Shown here: positions 1-12,569 of the stretch, one piece after another
Numbering within the stretch: the first letter of the stretch is position 1
How the letters are laid out: each line of letters begins with the position of its first letter
Source: Takakia lepidozioides
Taxonomy: Eukaryota; Plantae; Bryophyta
DNA: 64,000 nt
NCBI GenBank assembly: GCA_030704615.1
Contig: CM060733.1
Location: 70,184,001 to 70,248,000, forward strand
Reading direction: 5' to 3'
Made by a program: the position numbers and the translations under genes
Notes under the pieces: model-generated
What the model was told of the DNA's origin: nothing
Seen by the model: the letters and a program-made list of their open reading frames with translations, nothing else
Database searches by the model: none

Positions 1-984
1 ATTTGCAGCGGTGACAGTCCACGATTGTCGTGCTCAAAAGTCCATACCTCTTGGACATTTTATTTGATTGACAATTTGACGGTTGATATAGGTAGATATT
101 GAAGTTAGGAATTCGGCACGGAAAATGTTTCTCAACATTAAATTGATTCTATTCAAAGCAATTCATGATATCATGCATGACAGTCACTGAAAACTGTGCC
201 GGTGACGTCAATTTTGGTCCACCTTACCTTGCATCTACCCGTATATTAAGTATGGCTTGGCCAGTTTCCTACAAACAATATAGAGCATGGTGGGCGATGT
301 GGCAAGTCTGCATCCATTGGTACTTGGACTGGATGAGAGGAGGTTGGTTGGGATTGTGGGAAGGTGGTTGTGATAAATCTGTGAGTGAATTGTCACTCAG
401 CTGGAGGACCCTAGTTGCCAAGCACAAAAACATGTATATGATGTAGTACTATCCCTCAGGCCGAGCGCTAGTAAAACATCAAGGCCACCACGAGGAATAT
501 GGAGAATCTCGTCAAGTATTGATCAACGAGCAACAAGGTCCAATTACAAGATATGTAGGATACAACAATGGCTTCGCCTGTACTCAACTACACATACTAA
601 TGGAGTTTTCTCCTTCAAGTTCTGAAATTGGTTTGGTAGTAATCTTCAATTTGAAGAAGATGTAATGATCACTTCAATCTACGTTAGCATGTACTCAGAA
701 AATAATTTGTAACAACGTCTCAGAAATAATTTTTATTATTTATTTATTTTTATGAACAGGGGGATGATCAGTTCCTTTGGCTCTGCTCATAGGATCGAAC
801 TTGTATTCAGTAGTCAGATTTTAGCTTTCTCTCGCTCTGAGAGGTATGGTTCCTGGCCTCACAGATTACGGTGTGTGTGCCTTATGGTGTAAACCGGGGT
901 TTTAATTATTCCCCTGAATAATTTATTAATAAATTAACCAGGGCTTCATTTTTAAATTTGAAAGAGGAGATATGAACAATTTAT

Positions 985-1215
985 GTCATTAAACATATCA
1001 GCAAGGGCAGTCTCTAGAATGATATCTGGTGTAATTCCAGCTTTCATCATGTCAGCATGGATCTCTTTCCCCTTTTCAAGGGCTCATATGCTTGCACGCC
1101 CATTCAGAACACCAAGGATGGTGACCTTGTTGGGCATCACTCCCTCCCATTGCATCTGTTCATACATTTCAAAAGCTTCTCTAACACCCCCATGTTGAAC
1201 ATATCATGTGATCAT
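985..1215 (-). pseudogene. PLS-class pentatricopeptide repeat (PPR) gene fragment
   Basis: Manual minus-strand translation MIT*YVQHGGVREAFEMYEQMQWEGVMPNKVTILGVLNGRASI*ALEKGKEIHADMMKAGITPDIILETALADMF matches the P-L motif pattern of plant PPRs; two in-frame stops. Confidence 0.75.
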
Positions 1216-1595
1216 CGTATTCTGTGTCTAAATTCATCCATGCAAACAACACTTCCGCCACTACTACAACAACAGGCAGTTACAACAACTCATTGACGAA
1301 CCTTCCAATGAGAGATAACATGCAAATCTAGCCAAATATGTAAATGTACTAGAAAATCACATTTTGCCCCAAGAATCCCACTGGAAGGTGCAGGAAGAAG
1401 TCTCTTCAGCCAAAGGTTGATGGGCCACCTAGTTCAGAGTAAATGTTACAAGGGGATGGAAAAGATGGAAGCTGCAGCTTAAATGACATGGTGATTGTCA
1501 AGATGATGTACTCAACTTTGCTAGAAATTCACACCTTCGGCTTACCACACATGATTGTTATAACCCCGTAAATGTACTTGCAGCTACATACATGT

Positions 1596-1941
1596 TGTCA
1601 GGTAGTTTTTAATACTAGTAAAATTAACTAGTTCACTAGTTAATGTGAAACTAGTTAATTTACTAGTTAGTGTGAAAATAACTAATTTCCTAGTGTGAAA
1701 CTAGCTAGAATAAACCTAGTTATTTGTTCTTAACACTTGGAATAAGTTCAAGTGTTAAATCAGGTGTCAAGGTCAACTTGACACCTGGAGAGAGCTTATC
1801 CTCACGCTCGTGGTCGTTGTTAGAGGACTGTCTGGGACTTAGACACTTATACGGGATCTGTGGGGTACCCTTAATTTTTGCACAGACTGAGACCAACAGG
1901 AGCCTTAGGGGTGACAGCAGCGCACTGTAGGGGGGGTTACA
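1596..1941 (+). repeat. Putative 5' LTR of the first gypsy (TGTCA...GGGTTACA, about 346 bp)
   Basis: TG...CA ends; 1692-1806 closely resembles the reverse complement of LTR segment A at 62601-62715. The right end is inferred because there is no second copy. Confidence 0.55.
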
Positions 1942-2225
1942 CAGCCCGTCACAGTCCGACACAGCCGACACAGCCAGACACAGTCAACACAGCTCGTCAC
2001 AGTCCGACACAGCCCATCATAGCCAACACAGCCACACAGCCAGTCACAGCCCGACACAGCCAAACACAGTCGCACAGCCAGTCACAGCCCGACACAGCCG
2101 GTCACAGCCGGTCACAGCCCGACACAGCCGGTCACAGCCCGACACAGCCGGTCACAGCCCGACACAGCCGGTCACAGCCGGTCACAGTTTCACACAGCCA
2201 GTCACAGCTTGACACAGCTGTCACG
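1940..2225 (+). repeat. Minisatellite of about 10-bp CACAGCC(G/C)-type units in the 5' leader
   Basis: Many copies of cacagccggt / cacagcccga / cacagccagt seen directly. Confidence 0.95.
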
Positions 2226-2807
2226 ACCATAGGGAACGGATAGAAGGACAAGGAACGACTGTGGGGAACAACACGTGCGAATGGAACATGTTAGTTCACG
2301 GACGACGGTTAGTGAGGGAAACGGTTAGAACAACGGGTAGGAAGATAAAGCTAGGAGCAAGGACTGAAAGAGGGGGATTCTTGGATCACTTCGGGGGGAA
2401 TCACTGCTGGAAGGAGTGGGAGGAGCACTTCTTGGGGAAGACTTCGGACATCACTGGGGGAAAGGAGGAGAGAGCGTATCTCTGAGCAGAAAGAGGGAGA
2501 GCACGGAGTAGGAAGAGGATCTGTTGATGCTTAATGAATGCAGGCAGTAGAATTGTAATGTAGAGCAGATTAGAGACTCCATGGCTTCAGCCTGATACTT
2601 GATAAATATTAATCTGATACACACCTCATACTCACACTGTGTAGAGAGATCTAAGTGAAGCTGTGGAATGAATTGATGAGTTGATGGAATCCGATAAATT
2701 GATGAAGCAAACTGATACTTAATTACCAGCAGTAAGGTAACTAGCTAACATGAATGCGGGAAGGAAAACAAATAGGAAACACCCCCATGATACACTAGCT
2801 GTAGGTC

Positions 2808-3395
2808 ATGACTGATTGTTCTGAGCGGGCTGAGTACTTAGAGATTTCCAACTCTCCTATCTTGGAGTTTCCGCCTCGGATAGCGAAGGGATGGGTGAGT
2901 AAAAGCCGCGCGACATTTGGCGACCATACTGGGGACCTGGGTCATGAACAACCTGATGTGACAGGCATCTGGTGGGATCATGGTGGATGGAGAATTAAAG
3001 AATTTGATGTGAATCAAATTCCTTGTGAAACTGAGAAGGAAAGATTGTCCAAACGATTCTTCCAGAGGTTTTTGGAATTGCCAGACGGTTGTAAAGAAAA
3101 CATTCTTAAGAGAGTGCATAATGCTGACCCAGAGTGGGGTCTGGAGAAAGGAGTGATAAAGATTTATCAGGTGGCCTGTAGAGGAAGAGCACGTTGGTTA
3201 CCAACATTGGTTTATGTGATAGCATTACTATCCATTAAGCGAGTAGAGTTTGAAGGCTGGGAGGAAAGAAAGGTGAATGTTTATACTCATATGCATGAAG
3301 AGCTTGTACTGGTAAAGAATTGGATTCCAAAGGATATTTTGTGGATCAAACTCACACCAAGAACAGCTTTCCAGACTTGTTTGTCACCACATTAA
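2808..3395 (+). CDS. Extra ORF upstream of gag, unknown function (195 aa, possibly truncated)
   Basis: ORF track; lies between leader and gag in sense orientation; no recognised motif. Confidence 0.4.
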   Translation: MTDCSERAEYLEISNSPILEFPPRIAKGWVSKSRATFGDHTGDLGHEQPDVTGIWWDHGGWRIKEFDVNQIPCETEKERLSKRFFQRFLELPDGCKENILKRVHNADPEWGLEKGVIKIYQVACRGRARWLPTLVYVIALLSIKRVEFEGWEERKVNVYTHMHEELVLVKNWIPKDILWIKLTPRTAFQTCLSPH

Positions 3396-3577
3396 AAAGA
3401 AATGAAAGACATGGGACATGAGTGATGAAAGAGAAGCTAGACGCCAGAGATAGATAAAGCTATCTGAAAGCTAATTATCCATATCTTTGGGAGAGAGGAA
3501 TAGACATAGGGGAATCATCTGGACCTCTCACACCATTAAGATCAAAGAGTACATCACCCATACCGGAAGAACTAGAG

Positions 3578-5770
3578 TTGGATGCCACTCCTTCTGTTTC
3601 TTTGCAAGAAAGATTAAGGGAATTGGTACGGGAAGAAGATCAATCACGAGGTGAAAGATCTGAGGTACATCCCTGGATAAAAGATTTGACAGAAATCTTT
3701 GATAAGAGTTGGCATGGAACATCAAAAGCAGGAACTCCAGTTTCTGAAGCGGAAGGTGAAGAAGGAGGAGATGATGTGGCAGAGCCAACGGAGAGTTCAG
3801 ACTCTCCAACACCATTGCAGTTGAGTTACATGAGTGAAGAAGAAACCCAAGGGCAGAACTTGGAGGATGAAAACAGAGAGAAAAAATTGGAAGAGGAAGA
3901 ATATGAAGAAGTAGACCCAACAGCTGAGGTTGAGACTACAACCAGGACATCCCAACCCGTTGGACCTGGATCAAGTGGAGCACTTGGATCACAGGCCAAC
4001 GAAGGTGTCGGCTCAGGGGGATCAGGCGGGCTGCCTGGATCTGGCTCTGGGGGGACAGGGAGTGTGGGAAGTAGTGCAACTGAAGCTGGGAATACTGTGA
4101 ATATCGTGGGGCCAGAAGCAGGGAGTGCTCAAGGGCCACCACTTGGTGGAAGATCCACCACAACAACAACAGGTCCAGAAGGACCAGCACCAGCAAGGGT
4201 GCCAGCACCTGTCAGTGGGCAGAAAGTAGGGCCACAGATGGCGTTACAACCAACACGGACAAAACCACATTTTCCAATATATTCAGGAAAAGGGGATCCC
4301 GATGTACACATTAGCCAATTTGAGCACATGTGTATAGTAAACAATGAGAATAGCGATGATGCCAAGATGAGATTGTTTCCTTGTGCACTTATAAAGAAAG
4401 CAAGTGAATGGTATGCAAGATTCCCTGATAATCATTTCCTAACCTGGAATGGCTTCAATACAGCATTCCGAAATAGGTTCAGGACAAGTAAAACTGAGGA
4501 TGAAGTGTATGGAAGTTTACAACAGTTAAAGCAAAAGAAGCATGAAATTGTTGAGGAGTATATGGAAAAGATGGAATTGATGATGAAAAAGCTGGCTGCA
4601 GTACCAGCACCAAGGTTACAGAAGACTTGGTTTGTGAGTGGACTAAGACCAGAGTTGCAAAAGAAAGTGGATATGTTACCCCATAATACAGTGGGGGAGG
4701 CATTTGAAACTGCAAACAGAATTGAGCAATTGAGAATGCTCAGGAGAGAGAAAATGGATGATGAGGACTCTGAGGATGAGTCAGATGAAGAAGAAGAGCA
4801 AGAACTAAAAAGGGAGAGTAAGAGAAAGGAGAAGTTGAAGAGGGATAACTATGAGAAAAGATTGGAAGAAATCTTGAAGAAGTATGCCACAGAGGCTGCA
4901 ACACATTGGAGGAAGGGTGTATGGTGTGCAAAGTGCCAGAATGAAGGCCATACCACCACAGAATGCCACATGAAGGAGAAACACTGTACTATCTGTAAAA
5001 TGGATAACCATTCTACTGAGAATTGTTACTACAATAGAAGGACAGTTGCAAGAGAACCTAAGCAAGTAAGGGTGCATCAGGTGCAGCCCCAGCCAAGAAG
5101 AAACAATGATCAGGACCACTATGGTAGGTCTGGTGGTTATAACAATGGCATGGAAGGGAGAGGTAATTCAAGAGGGAATTACCAAGGAAATTCCAGAGGC
5201 AACTATCAGGGTAATCCAAGGGGGAATTACCAGCCCGGGAATCAGGATTACAGAAATAATCCAAGAGCAGACCAAGGGCGAGGACCCAATGGTGAAGAAC
5301 TATGTTATTATTGTAATCAGCCAAGACATCGCAAGGCAGCCTGTTCATTCTGGATTAGACACCAGAATGAGATGAGAGCTCCTGTGAATGAGGGCCCAGT
5401 GGTGGCAACTCACATGGTTAGGCCATGTGTTGTACCAGAAGTAAGTACAATGATAGTAACAAGAAGTAAAGCCAAACTAATACCTCCAGTAGTAGAGGAA
5501 GAAGATGATAATGAAGGTGACAGTGATATGCCTGAAGATGATGAGGCTTGGAGAGATGAGAAGGAACTGCACAAGGAAGTGGCAGATACCATAAGGGAAA
5601 TGCAGAAGAGTACTGATATTCCTGTGGCAGATTCCTCTGATTCTGATGGAGAAGAAGAAGTGAGTGAGGATGAAAGGAAGAAAAGAGATGCAGACATGCA
5701 AAGTAATGAAGAGACTTTGGCTGAAGTAATATGCCAGACCAAAGCAGAGATTACCATTGGACAGCTATAG
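3578..5770 (+). CDS. gag: Gag (retrotransposon capsid plus three CCHC zinc knuckles)
   Basis: FPIYSGKGDPDVHISQF...ASEWY...LKQKKHEIVEEY; knuckles CAKCQNEGHTTTEC, CTICKMDNHSTENC, CYYCNQPRHRKAAC. Confidence 0.9.
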   Translation: MDATPSVSLQERLRELVREEDQSRGERSEVHPWIKDLTEIFDKSWHGTSKAGTPVSEAEGEEGGDDVAEPTESSDSPTPLQLSYMSEEETQGQNLEDENREKKLEEEEYEEVDPTAEVETTTRTSQPVGPGSSGALGSQANEGVGSGGSGGLPGSGSGGTGSVGSSATEAGNTVNIVGPEAGSAQGPPLGGRSTTTTTGPEGPAPARVPAPVSGQKVGPQMALQPTRTKPHFPIYSGKGDPDVHISQFEHMCIVNNENSDDAKMRLFPCALIKKASEWYARFPDNHFLTWNGFNTAFRNRFRTSKTEDEVYGSLQQLKQKKHEIVEEYMEKMELMMKKLAAVPAPRLQKTWFVSGLRPELQKKVDMLPHNTVGEAFETANRIEQLRMLRREKMDDEDSEDESDEEEEQELKRESKRKEKLKRDNYEKRLEEILKKYATEAATHWRKGVWCAKCQNEGHTTTECHMKEKHCTICKMDNHSTENCYYNRRTVAREPKQVRVHQVQPQPRRNNDQDHYGRSGGYNNGMEGRGNSRGNYQGNSRGNYQGNPRGNYQPGNQDYRNNPRADQGRGPNGEELCYYCNQPRHRKAACSFWIRHQNEMRAPVNEGPVVATHMVRPCVVPEVSTMIVTRSKAKLIPPVVEEEDDNEGDSDMPEDDEAWRDEKELHKEVADTIREMQKSTDIPVADSSDSDGEEEVSEDERKKRDADMQSNEETLAEVICQTKAEITIGQL

Positions 5771-5851
5771 GCACCTTATTGTAGGCACAGGCTGTATCAA
5801 GCAATCAATCGAATTGCCCAGGAGACATGAAACACAGACCTGAACAACAAG

Positions 5852-7435
5852 GTGACCAGTTATAATGTGAAGCCGGAAGGGCGAGAAACAGTTATGGACT
5901 TTGATGATTCTATGCCAGTAATCCAATTGAGAATTGGAAGCACAGAACTAACTGATGTACTGATAGATGGAGGTTCTGGAGTAAATATCATGACAGACCA
6001 ATTAAGGAAGAAGCTTGGTCTAAGTAACATGAAACCAACCCCATTTACAGTAACAATGGCAGATCAAAGAAGTGTACAGCCATTGGGATTAATAAGAGGA
6101 GTTAAGATACAGATACAGAAGATGATCTTTATAATCACAGTAATTGTGTTGAAGATGGATGAAGTCATGGAGGCTTACTCCTTATTATTGGGACGTCCGT
6201 GGCTGAAACAGGCCAGGGTATTCCATGACTGGAATTCTCAGTTACTAACCGTGCATAATGGGATACACGAGATACAAATTACCACAAAGAAATCTAGTAG
6301 ATTACCTGCTACGAGAAGACCTCGAGGAGTCAGAGAGTATGACTGGAGAGGAGGACTGGATGAGGAGCAGGAAGCTACCCTGTTTGCTGCACACCCAGAG
6401 TGGGAGCAGGTTGCGGAGATGCGGCTGGAAGGCCTAAGTTGTTTAAGGGGTATCTGCTGTGGTGTAGTGTCAACAACACCGATTGAAGAGGAAACCAATA
6501 GTTACCCATCACATTTCTATGAAGAAAAAGAAGGAGAAATGGAAATCCTAGAGGAACCAGCCACTGTGAGTTTACAGGATGAAGTGGTGACTGGTTGGAC
6601 AATCACAGCTGATGAGCAAGTGAGGGAAGTGAATGTGGGAACTAAAGAGGAACCGAGGATGGTGAAGGCAGGAGCTGATTTGGAGTCAGAATTCTTTGAA
6701 GAAGCTAAGAGTTTGTTCATCAACTACAGAGATGTATTTGCTTAGAGCTATGAGGATTTAAAAGGGATACCACCTGAAATCTGTCAGCATAAGATTGAAC
6801 TGGAACCGGGGTCAGTACCAATCAAGCAGGCAAGGTACAGAATGAATCCCAACTACGCACAGAAGGTTGGAGAAGAGATCAAGAAGTTGGCTAAGGCTAA
6901 GTTTATATACCCAATAGAGTATACAACTTGGTTGTCACCCATTGTGATAGTTCCCAAGAAGAATGGTAAACTAAGAGTTTGTGTGAACTACAAGAAGCTG
7001 AATGCTTGTACGAAGAAAGATCATTTCCCTTTGCCATTCACAGAAGCAGTATTAGACACTGTGGCAGGCCATGAGATGTACTCATTCATGGATGGCTTCA
7101 GTGGTTATAATCAAGTGCAAGTGGCAGAAGGAGACCAAGGAAAAACAGCTTTCATCACAGACTGAGGTGCTTATGCATACAAAGTCATGCCCTTTGGACT
7201 TTGTAATGCACCAGCGACCTTTCAGAGAGTGATAAGTGAATCTTTTCATGAGTATCTGGATGATTTCATGCAGGTGTTCTTGGATGATTTCAGTGTGTAC
7301 AGCTCTAAGAATGAGCACTTGCATAAATTGGAGTTATGTCTGGCCAGATGCAGGATGAGAGGTCTGGGCCTGAATCCAGAGAAGTGTACTTTCTGTGTGA
7401 ACTCAGGGGTGCTTGGATTAGAGCTAGAACTTTGA
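5852..7435 (+). pseudogene. pol: Pol: aspartic protease and reverse transcriptase, disrupted
   Basis: VLIDGGSGVN and LLLGRPWL (protease); WLSPIVIVPKKNGKLRVC, MDGFSGYNQ, MPFGLCNAPATFQR, VFLDDF (RT). In-frame stops at about 6743 and 7163. Confidence 0.9.
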
Positions 7436-7494
7436 AGAAGCAAACAGTCTTTTCATTAAATCCAAATATGTATTTGCATGGGATTATGATGATT

Positions 7495-7690
7495 TGAAAT
7501 GGATACCTCCTGGGATTTGCCAGCATAAGATTGAATTTGGAACCAAATGTTGTCCCAATCAAACAAGCAAGATACAGAATGAATCCCAACTATGCCCAGA
7601 AGGTGGGAGAAAAAATCAATAAGCTGGCTATGGCCAAATTTATATATACCCAGTGGAGTATACTACATGGCTATTAGTGATAGTACCAAA
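7495..7690 (+). repeat. Diverged second copy of the RT N-terminus (about 6760-6960)
   Basis: cagcataagattgaa...agatacagaatgaatcccaacta...cagaaggt recurs with substitutions and indels. Confidence 0.8.
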
Positions 7691-9074
7691 GTATAGCGTA
7701 ATGTAGGGTAACTAAAAAGCACACTTGGAAGATTTTTGGGAGTGGATGGACTTTGGTCATCATCCAAAAGCTGCAGGAAATGAATAGAGTAAGAGATGAC
7801 GAAGGGAATAAGGAGTGGAGGATGGATGAACTTACAGCATCAAAGGATAGTATAAAGGTTCAAACCCTGGCTCTGACTTCTAAGTTTGATCTACTATAAT
7901 CAACGGAGGAGATGCATTCTAGAATGAAGCGGAACCTTCATAATACTTGTGTCGGTGGGCGGCTGGTGGAGACAAATCCTCCGCCGCGATACTAAGGGCA
8001 TTTTGGGGAACAGTAAATTAAATTAGGCTTCACGTGAAGCCTATGCAGGATAGACCCGTAGCCAGAGTGCTGATAAAGGAGGCCTCACAGTGTTGGCAAC
8101 ACAAATTGGCAAGGGATTGGCTGAACGATGAGAGAGATTGGAGAATGGGAAGAAGGAGAGAGACCCTGACGTGGAGAAAGAGGCAAACATGAAGGGCTGA
8201 GGTCCTGTAGAAAGCATGTAGTGAAGGTGGTATGGGCTGAGAAGACATATACTATATTTACATAAGATGCTTAAGTAAAAGAGGATATCATGGTTGCTGC
8301 AACTAAGTGCAAATACGAGCTACTCTAGTTTATCCTAGTTGGGAGCTTTTCATGGAGAGTCTTCTTTGCAACAAAGGAAATGAGCTTCATTGTCAAGTGT
8401 GGCTTGGCCTATTTCGGACTCCTTTGTTAGCTCAATAAACCATCGATAGGATTTTATCTGAGCTTGCATCTTGTATTATTTTGGTTGTGGTTCAGGATTG
8501 TTAAGTCATTATCAAGCTTGACACAAAATCCAAACTCTAATTTCAGTTCAGCTACAAAATTTCTCTAGAGGTAACTCAACCCTGATCAATGAGCATAGAG
8601 CAACACGATCATTTGCAGTTATAATATTTGATGTAGATAATTAATTGCTCAATATCTAGTCAAACTTGAGTTTCAAGAGCATTGTCTCTAGTAGAATTGA
8701 ACCACTTCTAATGTATCTTTCCACCGTCTCACAACCCTAGTGAAGTTTTTATTGACGGGGATGGATATCTTGTGAGCGTGAGTGGTGAGCAGCTGGTCCG
8801 GATCAAGCTCGGGTCAGGCTCGGGTAGATTCGGGTCCGGGTTAGGCTTGGAACAGGTAAGAGAGTGATAAAGACAAATATCTAGAATGAAAATGAAATTA
8901 TTTAGGTGGAGCTTGGATTATTGACGTCAATAGGCGGTGCAGCCCTTATGTCCGCGGACAAGTTTAGCAACACCCCGAAGCGCGGAAGTAATAGTCTGCG
9001 GAAAACCAGGTAGTGTTAAACGATGAAACGAGGGCATAATGCAAGGTTGAAAGTGTCAACGCTGTCAGAGTTGT

Positions 9075-9475
9075 TAGTTCTGCGTGGAATTGAAGATCCA
9101 TAAACCCTTGGAAATTTAAAAAATCACGTGTAAAATTTAGTTTGATGTGTCCAGGCAGACAGTTCCGTGCTGAACTATCAAAGAAGAGGGGCTCGTAATA
9201 TTCAAAAATCATAATCAAAATTGATTTTTATTTTTTTTATGTTTAAAAATGTTGCATATCAGTAGTCAGATAGTTCTGCTCGGAATTGAAGATCCACAAA
9301 CCCTTAGGATTTTAAAAAATCACGTGTAAAATGTAGTTTGTATGTGTCCAGGCAGACAATTCCGTGTCGAACTGTCAAAGAAGAAGAGCTCGCAATATTC
9401 AAAAATCACAATTAAAATCGTTTTTTATTTATTTAAAAAAAAAAGGTTGCATGTCAGTAGTCAGATAGTTCTGCG
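9075..9475 (+). repeat. Tandem duplication of about 196 bp (2 copies), probably TE-derived
   Basis: tagttctgc..ggaattgaagatcca...aaaaatcacgtgtaaaa...tgtgtccaggcagaca...agtagtcagatagttctgc occurs at about 9075 and 9271. Confidence 0.85.
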
Positions 9476-12400
9476 CAGAACTATCCAAGATACATTAAAA
9501 AAACAATCTTCTTCTGTCTTCATCCCCGTGAGTAGGGGTGGGTATTTCCGCGGACTGCACTGATCTTCAACATGGCAATGCGGTGTGCATTTCCACGGAT
9601 TGACCCGACCCCGTAGTTCCACGCGGAACTGTGATTGTGCCCGGGATTTTTCTGTTGTTTCGGGTTTTGCTTCAGGTTTGGTTTGGGCGCAAAATTTCGG
9701 GGAATGTTCTCAAAAATTGAGTATAATTCCTCCTTTGCTCACAAGATCTTGTGCTCACGCTCACGAGAAACACTGCCTCTTTATCGACTAGTTCAAAAGT
9801 CCTAACCTAGGATCACCGACTTTTATAACTTTGTTTGAAAAACATGAAACTTTTGGCAGTGTCCCACACAAAAGCCATTGTCTTTTGCTCATGGATTTCT
9901 AGATATTAAGTTTTTGGAGGTTTGATGTGACCAATCTAGAGCAAAGATTTTATATCCTGATTTTTCCATGATATCCTTATTTCAAAGACCATTTGAGACT
10001 TACTATATTGGTCATGTTTGTTTTGACATTCAAGAAATATCCCAGGAGATGGAACAAGTGAAAATTTGAGAAGTGGACAACTAGGAAAAATATATACAAT
10101 AGAAAAAATTGGATAGAGTGATACATGTTGCAAGTATTGGCAAAGAATATGGATTCCAACACCTGTGAAGTCCAAAGCACGATCGATGTTATGTTCGCGT
10201 GTGGGTGACTACCATACGGAGATGATCAACAAACGCTACGACCACAAAAATATGACTCCGCCTGATGGTTGACATGAGCTAGAGCCTGACAGACATAGCT
10301 ATAACAAACTTGGTGAGAATCTTAGGATTAGACAACTCTCTACAACCGGGTCATGAATGTAAGTTAAATAAGATTTGGGAAAGTCAAACCAGTTTTTGAT
10401 ATACACATCATTGATTAAGATAACGATATGCATTTGTCAATGACTTAGGTTCCTCAAGGCCTAGATTGCTAAAATCTCAGCTGAAAATCCTATGCAAACC
10501 AAAATTTCATGCTCTCTAAATGTCTGACTGATAATGTAAGATGATCTAGTTATATGTACATGATTAGGCCTTGTAATGAATACATTTATATTTTACAAAA
10601 TAATGATAGAGTGAACTAGCTAGATAAGCAACATTTTGTACTTGGTCTGTAGCTTACTACAAATTGCAATCTGATCATGTATAATAACTACAATTTGAAT
10701 GCATGAGATCGTACCTGTTTAAGTATTGTTACATATTCTATACGAGAAACAACACGTAGATTGAAGAGTTGAGGGAAAAAATAAATAAAATAAAATAGAA
10801 CATTTACTTGTGATGAGATTTTTTTAAACAAGTATTTCAAACCATCTCGTCTTACATCAAAAACTATTTTTCAACCTTGAGTGATGTGGGACTCTGATCC
10901 AGTTGTAGAGTAAGAATCTACCTTAAATTCCCACCAGTGCAATCTGAGGGCCTAATTGGAATCATATGAGAAGTTACAAATAAAGGAAAGAATGGCTTGA
11001 GTATGTGTAGTTGATCAAGATATAGATGGTCATAATATAGAGTTGTAAACAGATGAAGGGCTACCAAGGATTGTATGGCTAACAACGGCCTAAAAATCAA
11101 CGTCACAGTTTATATGATTCCAACTCATTGTCGAGTTAATTTGGTCAGCAAATATACATTGAGGTCTACAAAGTTCTATTGAAATGACAGTGGGAGGAGG
11201 AGCGAAACAAAATGGAGATGATACACAAACAGAAGCTGGTTGAAAATGCACAAAACTTGAACACAAGACGATGCCATTCATCCCACTTGGGGGATCACCT
11301 TGTGTGCATTGGAAGGAGAGAAAACATTGCAAGCATTACTAAACTACAGACTGTTCTTTTGACTGTAAAGAGAGAATTTCAGCTTGATCAATAAATTCAT
11401 GGATAAGCATTGTGGCCAACCTCACAGCCAAACATAAAGTCGTGTATGCTTCCGATCTCGCAAAGAGCACAAGTAGGCTAGGAAGAGCTAGAGACAGACA
11501 AACAAAAGAAGGTCGTGCAATCTATCCCAGATAAACAACCGCTTCGTGACATGTCGTCGTAGGGCAGTAGAAAGACAAAGCATGGACAACTCTGACGTCG
11601 AAAGAATATGGCAGTCTCGTTCATTTGAAGAATCTAGCATTTTTGTCTATTTGTAATTTTTAACGTTCTATTTTCCCAGTTTTTTTCCACCAACATCACA
11701 ACATTGTTAATTCCTACAGAATCTCCCACCATTGTCTCTAAGTTTCATTTTCATTTTCATTTTTATATATTTAAATTTGATAAAAATTGTATTGCAATTA
11801 AAAATCAGAACGACTATTCCAAGAATGTATAAAAGAGGGCATGTGGTTCACCAGATTCCCTAATAGGGGGGATTGCAGTGCCAAAATGGGGTGGGTAAAT
11901 AGTGCGGCACATACAGTGAATATGAATTGAAGTTAAAGATCAGAAAGCGAGGGGCTAATCCTGAGAAATTGTGTTTGTCTTTTTTAAGTGTATCTCTGAC
12001 AATCATGGTAGATAAAGGATCAAAATATTTGGCATGATTGGTTGAAAAAATAGAATTGTGATGAAGGATAGGTTCGTTGTGGATGTTCATGCACCTTCAA
12101 AATCAAAGGATAGTAATTTGCCTAGCCTACATGGCCCCTTTTGTGATTGCCTACTGGATATTTATGGAATTGTGCATCAGTTGATTTTGTTTGTTGCCAA
12201 ATTATTTGGTCTCTTCGGCGGAACACTCCCTACATATTTCATTTCATGATATGTAGTGCAAAAATTAAATTTAAAACATACATGGATAGTTTTGATCTCA
12301 CACAAATTTTCCATCAAATAGCTAGACAATAGTTTATACAGATGGAATGTCAAATTGAAGCGGGAATGTCATACTCAATTGCAACAAACATAGATCAACT

Positions 12401-12545
12401 AATCACCAATACTCCATTGGCATATCATATAATAAAGTAAACAATATGCCAATTTTACTATAAATTATATAGTAATTTTTTTTAATTTCTTATAAAGAAA
12501 ATATGATACAATGAATCTGATATGTTATAATGCTATATTGAAGAC

Positions 12546-12569
12546 TATATATATATATATATATATATA
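12546..12569. repeat. (TA)n microsatellite
   Basis: Direct reading. Confidence 0.95.

Larger units (their letters stand above)
1596..7700 (+). mobile_element. Decayed, 3'-truncated Ty3/gypsy LTR retrotransposon (non-chromovirus Tat/Athila-like RT)
   Basis: Starts TGTCA at 1596 with an LTR-like segment, then tandem repeat, extra ORF, gag, protease and RT with stops. No RNaseH, integrase or 3' LTR recognised; right boundary approximate. Confidence 0.85.

Noticed and set aside
1942-1965. Self-priming PBS for the first gypsy
   Set aside because: Only about 7 nt of complementarity (acagtcc/ggactgt), within a repeat; not significant.
1878-2243. 121-aa repetitive ORF
   Set aside because: It is a translation of the minisatellite.
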